Part shown: positions 14,414 to 27,594 of the stretch, piece by piece
Position numbering within the stretch: the first letter of the stretch is position 1
Layout of the letters: every line of letters begins with the position of its first letter
From: Fistulifera solaris
Lineage: Eukaryota
Assembly (NCBI GenBank): GCA_030295235.1
Contig: AP026134.1
Location: 620,001-684,000, forward strand
Direction: 5' to 3'
DNA length: 64,000 bases
Program-made: the position numbers and the translations under genes
Notes under the pieces: generated by a model
The model's input: only the letters and a program-made list of their open reading frames with translations
Told to the model about the DNA's origin: nothing
Database searches by the model: none

Positions 14414-15430
14414 ATGAAACAAATCCAGCAGAAGTTATTCACCAGAGAAGATTCGTTTCATGTTCACAAGACGCTTGGAATGGCTGCGCTCTGTTCCTAC
14501 CTCTATCGCATTTCACGCTTTGGAGAAAGGGATATGGGCTTTTCGCATACAAGCGAAAGTAGTGATTACCACGTGATCACGATACTTACTCTTTTGTACA
14601 CGTTTGCTTGAACATTAGTAGTTTTGAATTCCACATACCCGCCAAACGGATTCAAAGTGATGGTGGCCGTATTTGGCCGCAATACCGATTTCATTCTCTG
14701 GTCTTCACTTGCCGAGGGTTACTCTGCATCGCGCTCAATGTTTTTTACTACAATCAATCCAAGTTTTCGCAATCATCGCATGGGTCGACTTTTTCTTCTT
14801 CCTCATGGAAACTACTTTGTCGTGATCGGAACGATGCTCGTAGGCGATATTGCCTCCAACTATTGGGTCCAGTATCCCTCCAACTCGATTCGCGATTTAA
14901 AAACTTCCCCCATGATCAAGTATTATTTCTCGGTCATGCAATTTCTGGCGACGGGTGTCTCTCTGGTAGGAATTCGCCGGTGTTCTTTGCACTACTACAT
15001 GGTCATGGTCGTCCAGGTTACAGCCTTTCTCATGACATTGCGGAGAAAGAACTTAGTGTCTCATGAAAAGAATGTCATTCTATATGCTCTGTTACTGGCG
15101 GGGGGATTCGCGGTGGGAATTCATGAAACGCATGTTTGGGATCCTGCACAAGAGCTGTTATGGACCTCCGCTTTTCTAGGAATGACTGCTTCCGTACTAC
15201 GAATTCTTTGTGGACTGAACAAGTACGTGATATGGACTATACTGCATATCGTGAATTGCTATTGCTTTATTCCGAGTATTCATAGGCAGGAAGAGAATTT
15301 ACATTCCATCTTCTTGCTGAGTCCGCTTCAGATCCGATGGCTCGGCGTCGGTGCATCAATGATCATGGTATTAGGTGGATTGTGGAAAAGTTATTCTTCT
15401 CCTTCACAGGTTAAGGACAGCACTGACTAG
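14414..15430 (+). CDS. Hypothetical polytopic membrane protein (two frameshifts)
   Basis: Three overlapping ORFs read as one protein: KLFTREDSFHVHKTLG..., SSFEFHIPAKRI..GGRIWPQYRFHSLVF, KYYFSVMQF...VQVTAFLMTLRRKNL. Confidence 0.7.
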
Positions 15431-15514
15431 CTGAAAGTTTATCATTTTCTAAACTTCTTCTCGCTTGATTTCATAGCGCTTCAATGTTAAGCGTATTTAG
15501 TGAGAATAAGCTTG

Positions 15515-15785
15515 TGTCTGAAATGCAGCCATGGTAAAAAGTCGCGTACACATTGGGCTTATAGTAAATACGAAAGACAACAATACCCAAGGCTTTTCGA
15601 CGTAAAAAATTGATACGCACATAGCAAATGCTGCAAATTGGAATCAAAACAGATATAGCTTAGCAAGTTTGCAGAACAAACGAGGTTTAGGCGGCAGTCA
15701 TCGGGCTAGGGAGAATTAGGATTTATGACTGAAATGCAGTCGTGGTTAAAAGTCGCCAACACAATGGGCTATAGTAATACTTTGC
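15515..15785 (+). repeat. Dispersed ~220-bp tandem-unit element, locus 2
   Basis: CTGAAATGCAGCCATGGTAAAAAGTCGCGTACACATTGGGCTTATAGTAAATAC (15518) and CTGAAATGCAGTCGTGGTTAAAAGTCGCCAACACAATGGGCTATAGTAATAC (15729), period 211. Confidence 0.85.
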
Positions 15786-16099
15786 AGCTAGAGTACGGGA
15801 GACACCGATTCCTAAGATGAAGGTTAAGGTTACCCATGTATCTGCCGCAAAACCACGCACCGATTACACGCGACTCGCAACACTGCCAAAACGATAAGAG
15901 AAACTTTTTGGCGGACAATACCAGTAACAATGGCCAAGTCAATCACGAAAAAGACTTTTCCCCCTTGCTGTACAAAGTTTACTTGATCGCCTTTGCTTTC
16001 TCTCGTCAAGAGTATTGGGGACGATTCATGCAGGACGTGGCCTTCTTTCAATTAGCCCCGCGTTTTCTTGTTCATGCATTTATGAGAAGCCGTCGTGAC

Positions 16100-17162
16100 A
16101 TGTCTATGCCTTTGGTAAAAGCCCACGAAAGATTCTTGCAGCTCTTGACAATTCTGTTACTACTACTGCACTGCGATCGATATGCACGGGCCTGGCAACC
16201 AGAATCGATCCCGTCTCGTCATCACCACAGTGTACTGCTGTCGCTCATTCAATCCGTCGGTTGGGAGCCTCAAAGGGTGGAAGTACGACACCTTGACCAA
16301 GAAAAATCAGCATTCTGTAACACTGTTTATCGTTTGACAACTTCCTGCTACAACAATGAGACGACTATCACCATTGCAAAATATTCTCGCCATTGGCCCT
16401 CGAGCGAATGACACATTCCGTCGGAGCCATGGATTCATTTGTGGCAGCAAAAGGACTCGCTCCTCGTATTTTGGCCACTTGCAAGGACGGTATACTCATG
16501 GAATTCTGTAAAAGTCACCATTGTGCATCACACAATAACTCGCAGAATGTGGACGAGCAGAACGACACTCTCTGTGCGATGGCCTTGGCGAAATTGCATT
16601 CGTTGCCTCCACTTGTACCATCGTCGTCACAGATGGAGGAGAACATGCTTTGGAGATCCTGCTCGATACTAATGATGCATGTCAACGAAAATTGGCGATG
16701 TCGTACCAGTGCTCGAGGTGATAGTTGGACCAAAGAGATGCTTGCTACGGAAATCAGACACGAACAATTCCGACTTTCTCGAAAGGCCTTAGTGGAAGTG
16801 CCTATAGCACACGGTGATTGCAAACCATCCAATTTGATTTGTCAACAAGAACGAGCCTTTTTCATTGATCTCGAATTGTGTGGACGCAACTACCGATCGT
16901 ATGATCTTGCGAAACTGCTACGGAATGATGGAGATCCCACCTTGATGAATAGTTCGTCCCGCCGGACACGCTTTCTCTCTGTCTATGCAGAGCGAGTAGA
17001 TGCCAATATCGATCAGCTTCAGTTCGAGCTGAATGAAATTATGCCTCTAACATGGTTAGAAGCGGCCATCTTTTTGCTGCCATGGAAGCCGTTGATCCAC
17101 AGAATAGAGACAAATGGAACTCTCTGGCAGCATCACGATTGCGAAGCTATGAAACGTGTTGA
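16100..17162 (+). CDS. Choline/ethanolamine kinase-like (APH fold) protein with N-terminal hydrophobic signal
   Basis: AFCNTVYRL, GLAPRIL...DGILMEF, Brenner-type HGDCKPSNL, FFIDLELCGRNYRSYDLA. Frameshifts at ~16380 (A-run) and ~17072 (T-run). Confidence 0.75.
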
Positions 17163-17334
17163 CACTCAATACGGTAACAGATGCTATGAGAATTCTAACA
17201 AAACAAACGTTACGCCCCGCGATAGCTATGGTATATTCCACTTGTTTCAAAAAAAGTTAACTACTTGCACATTTGATCATCAATAAATTTGACTCAGTCC
17301 CTATTGACCGCTTCAAATCAAATGATTATAATTA

Positions 17335-17999
17335 TCATACACAACAACATGAATGCTCCTCGTTAATCGGGTAATTCTCTGGAGTCATAATTCCGTGTTG
17401 AACTTCTATCACGAAAAAGTAGTGGGGGTAAGCGAAAAACGCAGAATATACCAAACCAGCAATGTTAAGAGTCAAAATCGCAAATAAACTTTCCACAACG
17501 TAAACCGCGAAGCAGGCCCCGACCATGAATATCTAGGAACGGAGTGAAATAGAAGTTAACATTTGAGAACAAGGGGTTGGGGAAAGACAGACTCCAAACT
17601 TTTAAGCAAACTTACGTCGAATCTAAAAGCTCCATACATTCCAATAAAACTGAATAAAATTTTCGCTGCAGTCACTGCTAGAACAACAATGATACCGGCG
17701 TCGTCGAAGCCAACGATTGCTTCTTCTAAATCATCGTCGGTCGCCCCTAGTGAACTCGCTCCAGCAATCGTAAGGATCGACAGAAATCCAAGGGCAAGCA
17801 AAGAGGCGTTGACAATATTGACAATTATCACAGCTCGTCGCATATCGCAACAGCCACCGCAGAACTTGTGACCCTGCTTCATACCGATGCGGTGTGGATA
17901 AACACGCATTCCTTCGTCATATTGATATTCTTCTTTCGCTGTGGACGCCAGCGAAAAATCCGTATCTGCGGCAGCTAATTGATCCTGGTCATAAGCCAT
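17335..17999 (-). CDS. Four-TM hypothetical protein with Cys-rich ends, 2 exons
   Basis: KQGHKFCGGCCDMRRAVIIVN...; phase-0 intron 17615-17533; C-terminus GIMTPENYPINEEHSCCCV*. Confidence 0.75.
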
Positions 18000-19163
18000 T
18001 CTATTATGATAATCGATTGTGTGTATGATTGTATTCAGCTTTAGAAAGAAAGATCTCAAGTTCATCAAGGGGAATTTTTTTGTTTTGCTATTTTTTCGGC
18101 GTTTAATTAGCGACCCGTGCAGTATCCTCTATAAAGTGAGAAGTAGAGAGCGAGTCGAGATGACGTTCAACCCATCGGAAAACGATATCAGTGCGACTTG
18201 TTGGCGATGCGCACTTCGCACTTATCTCGTCGTCCCTCGTGACTGACTAACCCGTGAAATTACCAGCAAGTAGCATTGCGCGCAGCGCGCGAACTGCGAA
18301 CTATTTGCAGCTATTCTGACAATCAATATAAGCGAAGTGCCAGATTGGAGTATATGTGACAAAATGAAACGAAAAATGGAAAATTCAGTCGAATGTCAAA
18401 ATTACATTCTGACTTTAGGAAATTAGGAATAAATATTTTAGTGTTTTTGTGTGATTGAAAAAATAACATTCCTACTATTTACTTTTTTTCACCACTGTTG
18501 TTGCTACACAAATGAACGATTGACCCACAAATAAGATTCGGACGACTTGTTTCTGGGTGAGACACCGAACAACGATTGATGAATCACTATCCCGCATTTC
18601 GCATTTACTCCGTACTAGATTTGGGTTTCTAGTTTCTACTTTGCGTCACTGTTGGTCTTACTTTTTGGTATCGAATTAAAATGTTTGATGAAATAATTGT
18701 TCTTTATTATCTGGACATGGGATATAAGAATTCTGAGAATTCTTGTTGGAAGTTGGAAGGTTGGAATGACGAATTTTAGTTGGCAAAAGACAAGAGTACA
18801 TAGTACAGTACTTTGTTCAAAGAATTACTAATTACTGTGGTTCGATTTTCGATTATCAGAAATCAGAACTAAGAACAATAACTTGCATTGCACTCTATTG
18901 AAAAAGTAGACTGGCTATTTATCTTTTTACTTTAAAATCTATATTAAAGACCACAGAATACTGCAGAACGCAGAGAACAAGATCAGAGGCTATTGAAAAG
19001 GTCATTGGCAGTCATAGTCATTGACAACATTTCAAAACGTATCTTTCGATCCTTTCTCTTTCCCGCAATGTAATCAAGCGACAACTTCCAAGCCTCAACG
19101 ATTGCTCTTTGCTCATAAACTCAAATCGAGGGCAAAGGATCAAAGCAACAAGAAATCAACACC

Positions 19164-19757
19164 ATGGGCATCAACAAGAACACTCTCTTTGTCTGGGATG
19201 GAATTCTTGAAGTCCATGATGCGTCTCAGAGGGGCGTGTACGACGTGGTTTGGCACGGAACCTTGGTGGCGAACGAATTCTCTCCCGATGCTACGAGAGT
19301 GGAAGCGCCGAAGCGCAACGCATTCAAAGAGTTCTGCGATTCAGATCTTCTCTTTCGAGTAACTGGTCAGGCGAGACCTGTTGATCTCGTGATGAATGAA
19401 GACAAGTTCAAGCCTTACCGCATTCGACTCACTGACGGACCCGGTTGGGACCTTGACGGTCAGAAGCACCACGACATTGACCACGAGGTCATCAGCAGCT
19501 TGCAATGGCAAGGTAGCTCCGATCCTCGTAGGAGCCTTGTCTTTGCGACCGGTGGTGACTCTTACGGGAAGTTCATCTCCGTGGGATGGATGAGACCTGG
19601 CAATCGCATCACCTTGGCCCGCCGTTATGTCAGCGACAATCGCGCCGATTGGTCCGCGGAAACCTTGCGCAAGGAAACGCTGAAGCTTATCTATGACGAT
19701 GAGGAAGAGGAATGCGTCATGCCTCCTTGGCAGTGCAGTGTCTTCAGTGCTCATTAA
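19164..19757 (+). CDS. Hypothetical protein (197 aa)
   Basis: Intact ATG-TAA ORF with coding-like composition; no recognised family. Confidence 0.65.
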   Translation: MGINKNTLFVWDGILEVHDASQRGVYDVVWHGTLVANEFSPDATRVEAPKRNAFKEFCDSDLLFRVTGQARPVDLVMNEDKFKPYRIRLTDGPGWDLDGQKHHDIDHEVISSLQWQGSSDPRRSLVFATGGDSYGKFISVGWMRPGNRITLARRYVSDNRADWSAETLRKETLKLIYDDEEEECVMPPWQCSVFSAH

Positions 19758-20116
19758 GCATCGCTGTTAGGCCTCAATCCTTCGCAAGTCGACAATAGTT
19801 TGTAATTGAAATAGAAATTATTTTTCAGAAAAATCAAGTCTGAGATATCGATTCATGACCACATTAGAGGAGTCGTTAGGGTTCCGTGGAGCAAGATAAG
19901 ATACGGAGTAAGTTATGAGCTTCCGACGGTCTTCGTTTGCCTTAGTTCGACCTACGTTAAAACTTCTACGAAAGCGCCTGGCTTTTTGTACGTGGATGCT
20001 TCCTCCGAAACCCGAAAGAAGAAAAAAAAGAAAGCAATACAAACTCGTTTTCAAACCCATGATGACTTCGCAATGCGCACTGTCAAACACCAAGTTCACC
20101 AGATCGAACACTACAA

Positions 20117-23100
20117 ATGCGAAATAATGTATCAAACTGGCTGCTGCGCAAGATTCCCTTCAGCCGGTTTCTTGGTGCGACGAACACGAACTGCGTTGCA
20201 TTTTGCTACTTCGTCGTCTCCCGAAACGTTCGTTCGAATTGGAAATGTCAAAATCAAGCGCGGACCGAATTCGTCGCATGTCAATTATCTCAAAAATGTA
20301 CAAAAATTCCCTTCGTCTCTGTCTCATTTTTCGGTGGATGCTGCAAAAGGATCTCTTGCAGCAAGATTTTTGTCTCGTCGGCGCGGATGCGTGGTGGCGT
20401 CGTCAACTCGTCATGGCGTACGCTGAATTGATACAACGACCCATACAAGTGATTTCCATTACAGCTGACTTGACGGAATCAGATTTAAAGCAACGACGCG
20501 AGCTTTCGAAAGCACCGAATGGTCGTGTGGAATTGACTTTTAGGAATGCGCCTCCCGTTCAGGCCGCGATAGAAGGGCATCTTCTTTTGTTGGATGGCTT
20601 AGAACGAGCTTCTCGGAATGTTTTGCCGACTCTGAACAATTTACTGGAACACCGGAGTATGAATCTGGAAGACGGGCGATTGTTAGTGTCGCCTGACCGA
20701 TACAAGGAGCTATCACATGCCAATGATATGCTCATTCCAGTGCATCCCGAGTTTCGCGTGATAGCGACCACCGAAGTAGCTTCTTCCGCGTCATTAGACC
20801 CTCCTCTTCGCTCTAGATTTCAAATGAGACGTGTGGATACCACCACGGACGATATTCTGGCAAATTATGGTGACAGCGAGTGGCTCTCTACCCTGGTGTT
20901 AGCATTGCAAGGGTCCTCGCCCTTTCCGCTGATTCAGTTCCCAGTGACCCAATCTTTACTGCACGACTATCCATCCGAAGATCCGTATTCCGTTTTTGTT
21001 CGCTCGTATCCCATCGTAAAGAAGCTTGATCATAAAAAAACAGCTGCTTTTGAAATTGCATGGCAACAAGTCTCTGGAACACCTATGACGGATCAGTTGT
21101 CGTCGTATTTGGTCACCGCTGTCCAACGGACAAGTGACAAAATGGCATCTGTGATATTCGCAGACGACAATTCTTCGGTTCATATTGAAAGAGCGGTGCC
21201 TTGTGGTCCAAAAAGAGCTTCAAAAGATATCGACTTCATCATTCTACCAGACAGCAGGCTTACGGTCACTTTTTGCGAAAATGGTACAATCGCATGGAAG
21301 AGGCTGTGATTTACTCTTGGTCAGTCCCCCAGGAGAGGGGAAAACAGCTCTTGCGCTCTTCTTTAGTCAAAAGCTTGGTTACGATATGTACTGGATGCAT
21401 TTACATGCGGAGCAAACCGATTTGTTTCTTCGTCGTGCAACTGTGCGAGGCGAGACTACATGGGAATCGACACCGTTGTTGCAGGCTATTGAGGCGGGTG
21501 GATTAGTTCTCCTAGATGGATTGGAAAAATTGCGACCAGATGTACAGGCTTCGTTACAGAGCTTGTGTACAGAGAGAGACTTTTTTTTGGCCGATGGAAG
21601 GCGGATCTTACCGAGTGAGAAAGATCCAGGTGGTAGAGAGGATACACGGATCATACACGTTCACCCCAGCTTTAGGATTATTGCACTAGCGACGCACAAG
21701 GATAATAACTCATTTACATGGCTTTCGGGGAACCTGGCGAGCATGTTTCACACCTTTTTCTGCCAATTCCTACGGATGACTGTCTTCGAGCAATTTTAAA
21801 CTCGGCTGTTCCTCGACGATCCTCAGAATTACTGGATTATTTAATTAAACTTCGAACTATTGTATCTGCATCAGTTGCTCGAGAATGCGGTGTCGAACCG
21901 CTCTCGGTGCGGAAACTGATCCAAATACTTCGCCGCGCAAAGGACCCTTCAGACCTGTTGCGCGTTGTGAACCAAGTCCTCGTTGCTGATTTATTGCCAC
22001 AAACACAGCGCGGCACACTGGATACAGTTTTGCGTCATCGGGTAAAACTGCCGACTACCGGAGGAAAGATGTCATCACGGAGTGAGCAAATCATTGCGAG
22101 GACAGACAGTGTTTCTATTGGGACATTCACCATGAAACGAAATTGCGCGGTTTCGCAGCCAGAATTGGTGCCACGACCGCGTTTCTTTGACATCCCGAGC
22201 CACATTTCAACGATCAAGGATCTTCTCCTTGATTGGTCCGAAGGAGAAAGAGCGTTTTTGCTTCTTGGGTCGCAAGGGGTAGGGAAGAACATGCTTGTGG
22301 ACCGACTTTGTGAAATCGCAAACTGGGAGCGCGAATACATCCAGCTGCATAGAGATAGCACTATTGGTCAGATTACGTTACAGCCGTCAGTGGAGTCGGG
22401 ACAAATTGTTTGGCATGATTCGCCACTGGTCAGGGCAGTCATTCACGGGCGGTCACTCGTTGTTGACGAGGCTGACAAAGCACCAATCGAGGTTCTTGCG
22501 GTTTTGAAGAGCCTTGTCGAGGATGGAGAATTGTTGCTTGGTGATGGACGGCGAATAAGCCGGTCTATTGAGGCCGGCGATTCTGACACCATACCTATCC
22601 ATCCCAGCTTCACTGTGTGGGTGCTGGCAAATCGACCGGGCTTTCCCTTTATGGGCAACGCCTTTTTCGGACTTATTGGGGATTGCTTTTCGACGCGAGT
22701 TGTCGCGAACCCTGATTTGAAATCAGAAGTTAAGCTTCTTGAGTATTACGGCCCACGAGTGAGCCGAGAAGTGATCAAGTCTCTCTCTTCTTGCTTTGCT
22801 GAATTGCGCTCGATGTCAGATCAGCAAATCCTTTCGTACCCTTACTCGGCTCGCGAAGCTGTTGCAATTGTTAAGCATCTTAATCAGTTCCCGGAAGATA
22901 ATGTATCAACAGCCGTGCACAATGTTCTTGATTTCGATTCGTTTGATGATGCCACTTATAAAACTTTGATCGGTGTTTTCGCGCAACATGGCATCACATT
23001 AGACAATTATGGCGGTACATGGAAAGAGAAGTCGTCGGGCTACAAAGACCTAGCGATTGAATTTACGAATCATGACAAGGAGGGTATCAGCTCTCAGCCT

Positions 23101-24175
23101 CCTGAACTAAAATCACCCAAAGTCGGCAAATGGGATGACGATAACGAGGCTCACGTAGGGGGGAAATCAATGGGCAGGGGGAACTGGGGGTAGTGATACA
23201 GCTGGTTTGGGCGGCAGAGGCGGTCCGTATAGATTGGATCGAGGGCACAAGGTTCACCAAGTCAGTGAGGAGGCAAAAGCGCAGGTGGGCAAAGACGCTG
23301 CTAAAACGGCCCGGTTGATGGCTCAGCGAGAGTTGGAACAAAAATTACGAGAGATCAACATGAATGATAATGAGTGGGATATGTACCAGCAGTTTGTGAA
23401 TCCCATCAAAAGCGATATAGTAAATTTGAGAGCTATTTTGAACAAGGCAGAATTGACACAACCCGAGAAAGGTTGGATACGGAAACAGAGTCATGGTGAA
23501 ATTGACGAGATGCGGCTGGTGGATGGTGTGACTGGAGACAAGTACATTTACAAGAGGCGTGGTTACCTAGAAGAATCTGGTCCGACTCCTAAGCCAAAAC
23601 GTTTGCGGTTTGTTGTTGATGTTTCAGGTTCCATGTATCGTTTCAATGGGTACGATTCTCGTTTAGTGCGATGCCTTGAGGCAACAAATCTGATCATGGA
23701 AGCTTTTAATGGGATGGAATCTCGATTCGATTACAGTATCGTCGGTCATTCCGGTGACTCTGCATGCATTCATTTGGTAAATAGCGGCGATCCTCCATCA
23801 AACGAGAAACAACGAATGAGAATTCTTCAAACGATGATTGCACATTCACAGTACTGCCAATCCGGAGACAACACGTTACAAGCAATGGAGCAGGCCATAG
23901 CATTTGTTTCTTCTCAAAATAGCGATGACGATTCAGAGTCACTGGTGATCGGCATTTCAGATGCCAACTTAGAGCGTTATGATATTCATCCACGTCAACT
24001 CGGAAAGGTCATGGAGACTAACGACAAAACGCGAGCGCATTGCGTATTCATTGCCAGTTTTGGAAGAGAGGCGGAAGACATAAAGAATGAACTTCCAATC
24101 GGCCGAGGACATGTGTGCATGCAAACGAGCGATCTTCCACGCATAGTAAAGCGTGTCATGTTGGATGAACTATGA
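20117..24175 (+). CDS. VWA8: VWA8-like AAA+ (MoxR/dynein-related) ATPase with C-terminal VWA domain; multiple frameshifts
   Basis: RWMLQKDLLQQDFCLVG, TESDLKQRRE, RNVLPTLNNLLE, Walker A PPGEGKT and GSQGVGKN, YIQLHRDST, GGRGGPYRLD, VVDVSGSMYRFNG, SDANLERY. Start codon uncertain. Confidence 0.88.
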
Positions 24176-24241
24176 ATTGTTTATAATTTATTTGAATGTA
24201 AAAAGACTAGGTGATTTGATTAGTGGTAATCATCATAAAAT

Positions 24242-26846
24242 TTAGTGTTTTCCCGTGCAGAGCTTGTAGACACCTTCGACGAGGTCGCTGCCGCGCTTGA
24301 CGACGGCTTTTTCCATGCTACTTGCGTAAGGAACTGGCGCATCGTCCATGCACAGTCGAAGAACAGGGGCATCGAGCAAGTCAAAGAGCTCTTCCGAAAT
24401 GCGGGCCGAAATAGTGGCACCAACTCCTCCACTCTTGGTGGATTCATCCAAAATGGCTAGTTTGTTCGTGCGCTTTAGTGAGGAAGCAATGGTCTCCATA
24501 TCTAAAGGCTTGAGCGATCGGAGTTCAATTAGGTCAATGTCAAAGCCTTCTGCTTTGATCTCGTCGATGACTAATTGGCATTCCTTAACACCGTGCAAAT
24601 AGGTCAAAACAGTGACTGCTTTCTTGCTCTTCACACTGGCTTCGGAAGCACTGTGAAGAACAGCAGCCTTGTTAAGGGGCATGCACTTATCAAGATCAAC
24701 AGTTCCCTTGACTTCCTTCATCATCTTGACAGGGGCGAACAAGAAGCACGGACCATTGTCGCGAATCATGGATTTGGTGATGCCGTAGGCCGCTTCCGGA
24801 CTGGCCGCAGTTCCGATCTTCAATCCAGGAATACCCATTACGTAAGCATGGAAGGGCTGACTGTGTTCGGCACCCAAGGCTTGGTTCGGGGCGGTACCTC
24901 CAGCACCGATGATGGTCATGGGCATGTCGAACTGTCCTCCCGTTGTGGCGTAAGTGTTACCAGCCGAAGAAATCTCCGCCATACCGTAGATACCAAAGTT
25001 TGTGTTCATCAACTCCACAATGGGGCGGTATCCGTTAAGAGCTTCACCGAGGGCCTTTCCAATAAAGTGTCCTTCATCAATAATTTCGTCGGCCGCGCGG
25101 ATTTGTCCGTACGTTTGCTGGGTCAATTTGGGAATATCATACGACGATCCGGCTTGAAGATCCTCGGCATGAATGGTGCAGGTAGGATCACGCAACATTT
25201 CTTCGTGAATGGCCAAGTTGATGGCATCACCAATACTGATTTCACCAGCACGGGCCTTCGTGCGGAGGTTCTCCACGTGCGCCGTGATGGTGTCCATTTG
25301 CTCTTTCGAAATAGTTCGGGCATTGACTTCATCGGCCCAGGCCGGTGCAGCTCGAGTGTTGTAATCAAACTCGGGAGCATCCGGGTATTCCAGTTCCTTC
25401 GCAAGCTCAACGGGAGGCATTGGAGAGTTATCGGCAAATTCCACGGCTTTTCTTGACGTCCGCCAATACTTGCTTCTTGGCTTCTTTCAACTCTTCTTCG
25501 GTAAATACGGATCCCGTGTAAGTATCTTCAAAGATCTTGATCGGATCCTGCTCCAGTCGGGCCCAGGCCTTTTTCTTCTTTACGACCACGCTCGTGCTCC
25601 GGGTCCGCCGGCGAGTGTCCATTGAAGCGGTAGGTGTGTACTTGAAGAATGGCGGGTCCTTTGCCCGCACGAATGTGATCAATGACGGCTTTGCCACTCT
25701 TGGCGACATCCACAGCGTTGCGACCATCCACGAGCAATCCGGGGACGCCGTAGTGTTTTCCCTGCTTGTAGACATCCGAGTTCATGGCGACATCAGGAGT
25801 GAATGTATTAATGGCACGACCATTGTCAATGACAATAATCAGCAGAGGCAAATTGTCCTTGGCCGCGGCGTTGAGGATTTCGGCCATGCGTCCATTTTGC
25901 GATCCACCTTCACCAATAAAGACCACGGCAATGCGGTCATCATCGGCCGGAGGAGGCACATTTTGCTTGCGGATAATGACTTCGGGATCGTCACTCAATC
26001 CCATGGCCCGATCGAGCAAGATGGCTTTGGCGGCACCGGCCGCGTAGGGCAATTGCTCCGACACCAAGGCCCAACCTCCTTGCATGTAGAACTCTTTATC
26101 AAAGATGTGCATGGATCCACCCGCACCACGGCACGAACCCGTGTCTTTCATCATGAGTTCGGCCATGACTTTTCCGGGATCGCAACCACTGGCGAGCGCG
26201 TGGGTATGCTCACGGTAGTAACTGAACTTGCGATCCTCTTTCTTGATGGCGAAATCAACCAATCCCGGAATAGATTCTTGACCATTGTCCAAATGCATGA
26301 AGCCACGAATCTTTCCTTGCATGTACTGTTGATTGCAGGCATTTTCAAAGCCACGAGCCAACATCATGGCCTTGTAGAGCTGGAGTAGTGACGCCTTGTC
26401 CATGCTGTTTTCGTACGCGGCGACTTGTTCGGCCGAATAACCGAACGCATCTTGTAATTGCGCCGCAATATCGGTCCACGGCATATCAATGGGAGGACGC
26501 ATGACGGAAGTGGATTCAGTCGAAGCTCCGTTCTAAAGAGAGTGTGAGAAAATATCTTGTCAGACCCGAACGAAAACGAGAATTGACTCACCGCGACGAC
26601 ATTCTCGACCGTTGTTGACATGGAGAGAGACGCGACCGGTGATCGGTAGCTCACATGCTTGTTTCCAATGCTGGGTCTGTGAAAGAAGAAGAGGATTGTT
26701 TGAGAACAGGAGAAGAAAAACGATCCTTGTACGCTCTCGTGCGTCGTTGTTCATTCCTTCATTTGTTCGTTCTATGAAACTTACGTGAAAGCATGAGAAA
26801 CGGAAGCTAGGCACAAAGCCCCAATTGCGGCACAAGAGAATTTCAT
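24242..26846 (-). CDS. pdhA-pdhB: Plastid pyruvate dehydrogenase E1, fused alpha+beta subunits, 3 exons, two frameshifts
   Basis: Signal MKFSCAAIGALCLASVSHA-FT; introns 26784-26677 and 26591-26533. Alpha motifs GKIRGFMHL, GAGGSMH, GEGGSQNG, TYRFNGHSPAD. Beta motifs ALGAEHSQ, IELRSLKPLD. Frameshifts in A-runs at ~25572 and ~25450. Confidence 0.92.
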
Positions 26847-27594
26847 TGTTGCAAATTGTTAAAAAGAATGAAAACTAGAGATCTGCAAACACCTGGAGAA
26901 GAAATTAAATAATGTCTCTAAGAGAGCGACGACGTCGAGTTGGTTGTGATGGACGTCGAGAAAAAGCAAAGCGCGAGGATGATTTCGACAAAAGAACTAC
27001 GCCACCCCAAAACCTGGCCCGACTACTTTTCAAGTAATAGTCGAACCTTCTCTATGAAGCAAACAGTAGTTTTGCGAAGTGAAAATATACCGGTACGACT
27101 ACATGGCCTCATACTACAAGAGACCGTTGCTGCGCATACGTCGACAAAATCTCCTCCCGTTCGAGGTGCGTACGACGCAATCAATGACGTTGTCACGACA
27201 GAACCCAATTGGCAATTGGTGACGCAGTGGGACTGGACTAACGTGCGAAGTACAGCACGATCGTTGGAAGTACGAATAGAGTGATCAAAGCAGAAAAAAA
27301 AAATAGTAATGGTTTGAAATGACAAAAAAGTACAGATTAGGAGATTCCTATAGAATAAAGTCGTGCAGATCTTATAAGGTGCCGTCCAGTTGCTTTGAGC
27401 CTTTTTTTTACGTAATTGCAAAGATAGCCACGGATAGGAACGTAACCTTGACAGTGTCACTGAGACCTTGATGATTCTTCAATTTAGCGCCGCGCTTACA
27501 GCTGGTAAAGATATCAGTGTCAGCTGCTCGCCTTCAGCATAATCCAGCGAACAAGAGGCTCACATTCAATTGTAAACATAGCAACATCCCAATT

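Noticed and set aside
18855..19010. Weak direct repeat CTATTGAAAA-GT..TGGC about 95 bp apart
   Set aside because: Too short in AT-rich DNA to distinguish from chance by eye.
24575..26388. Long + strand ORFs (293 and 283 aa)
   Set aside because: Antisense shadows of the codon-biased PDH gene with no recognisable motifs.
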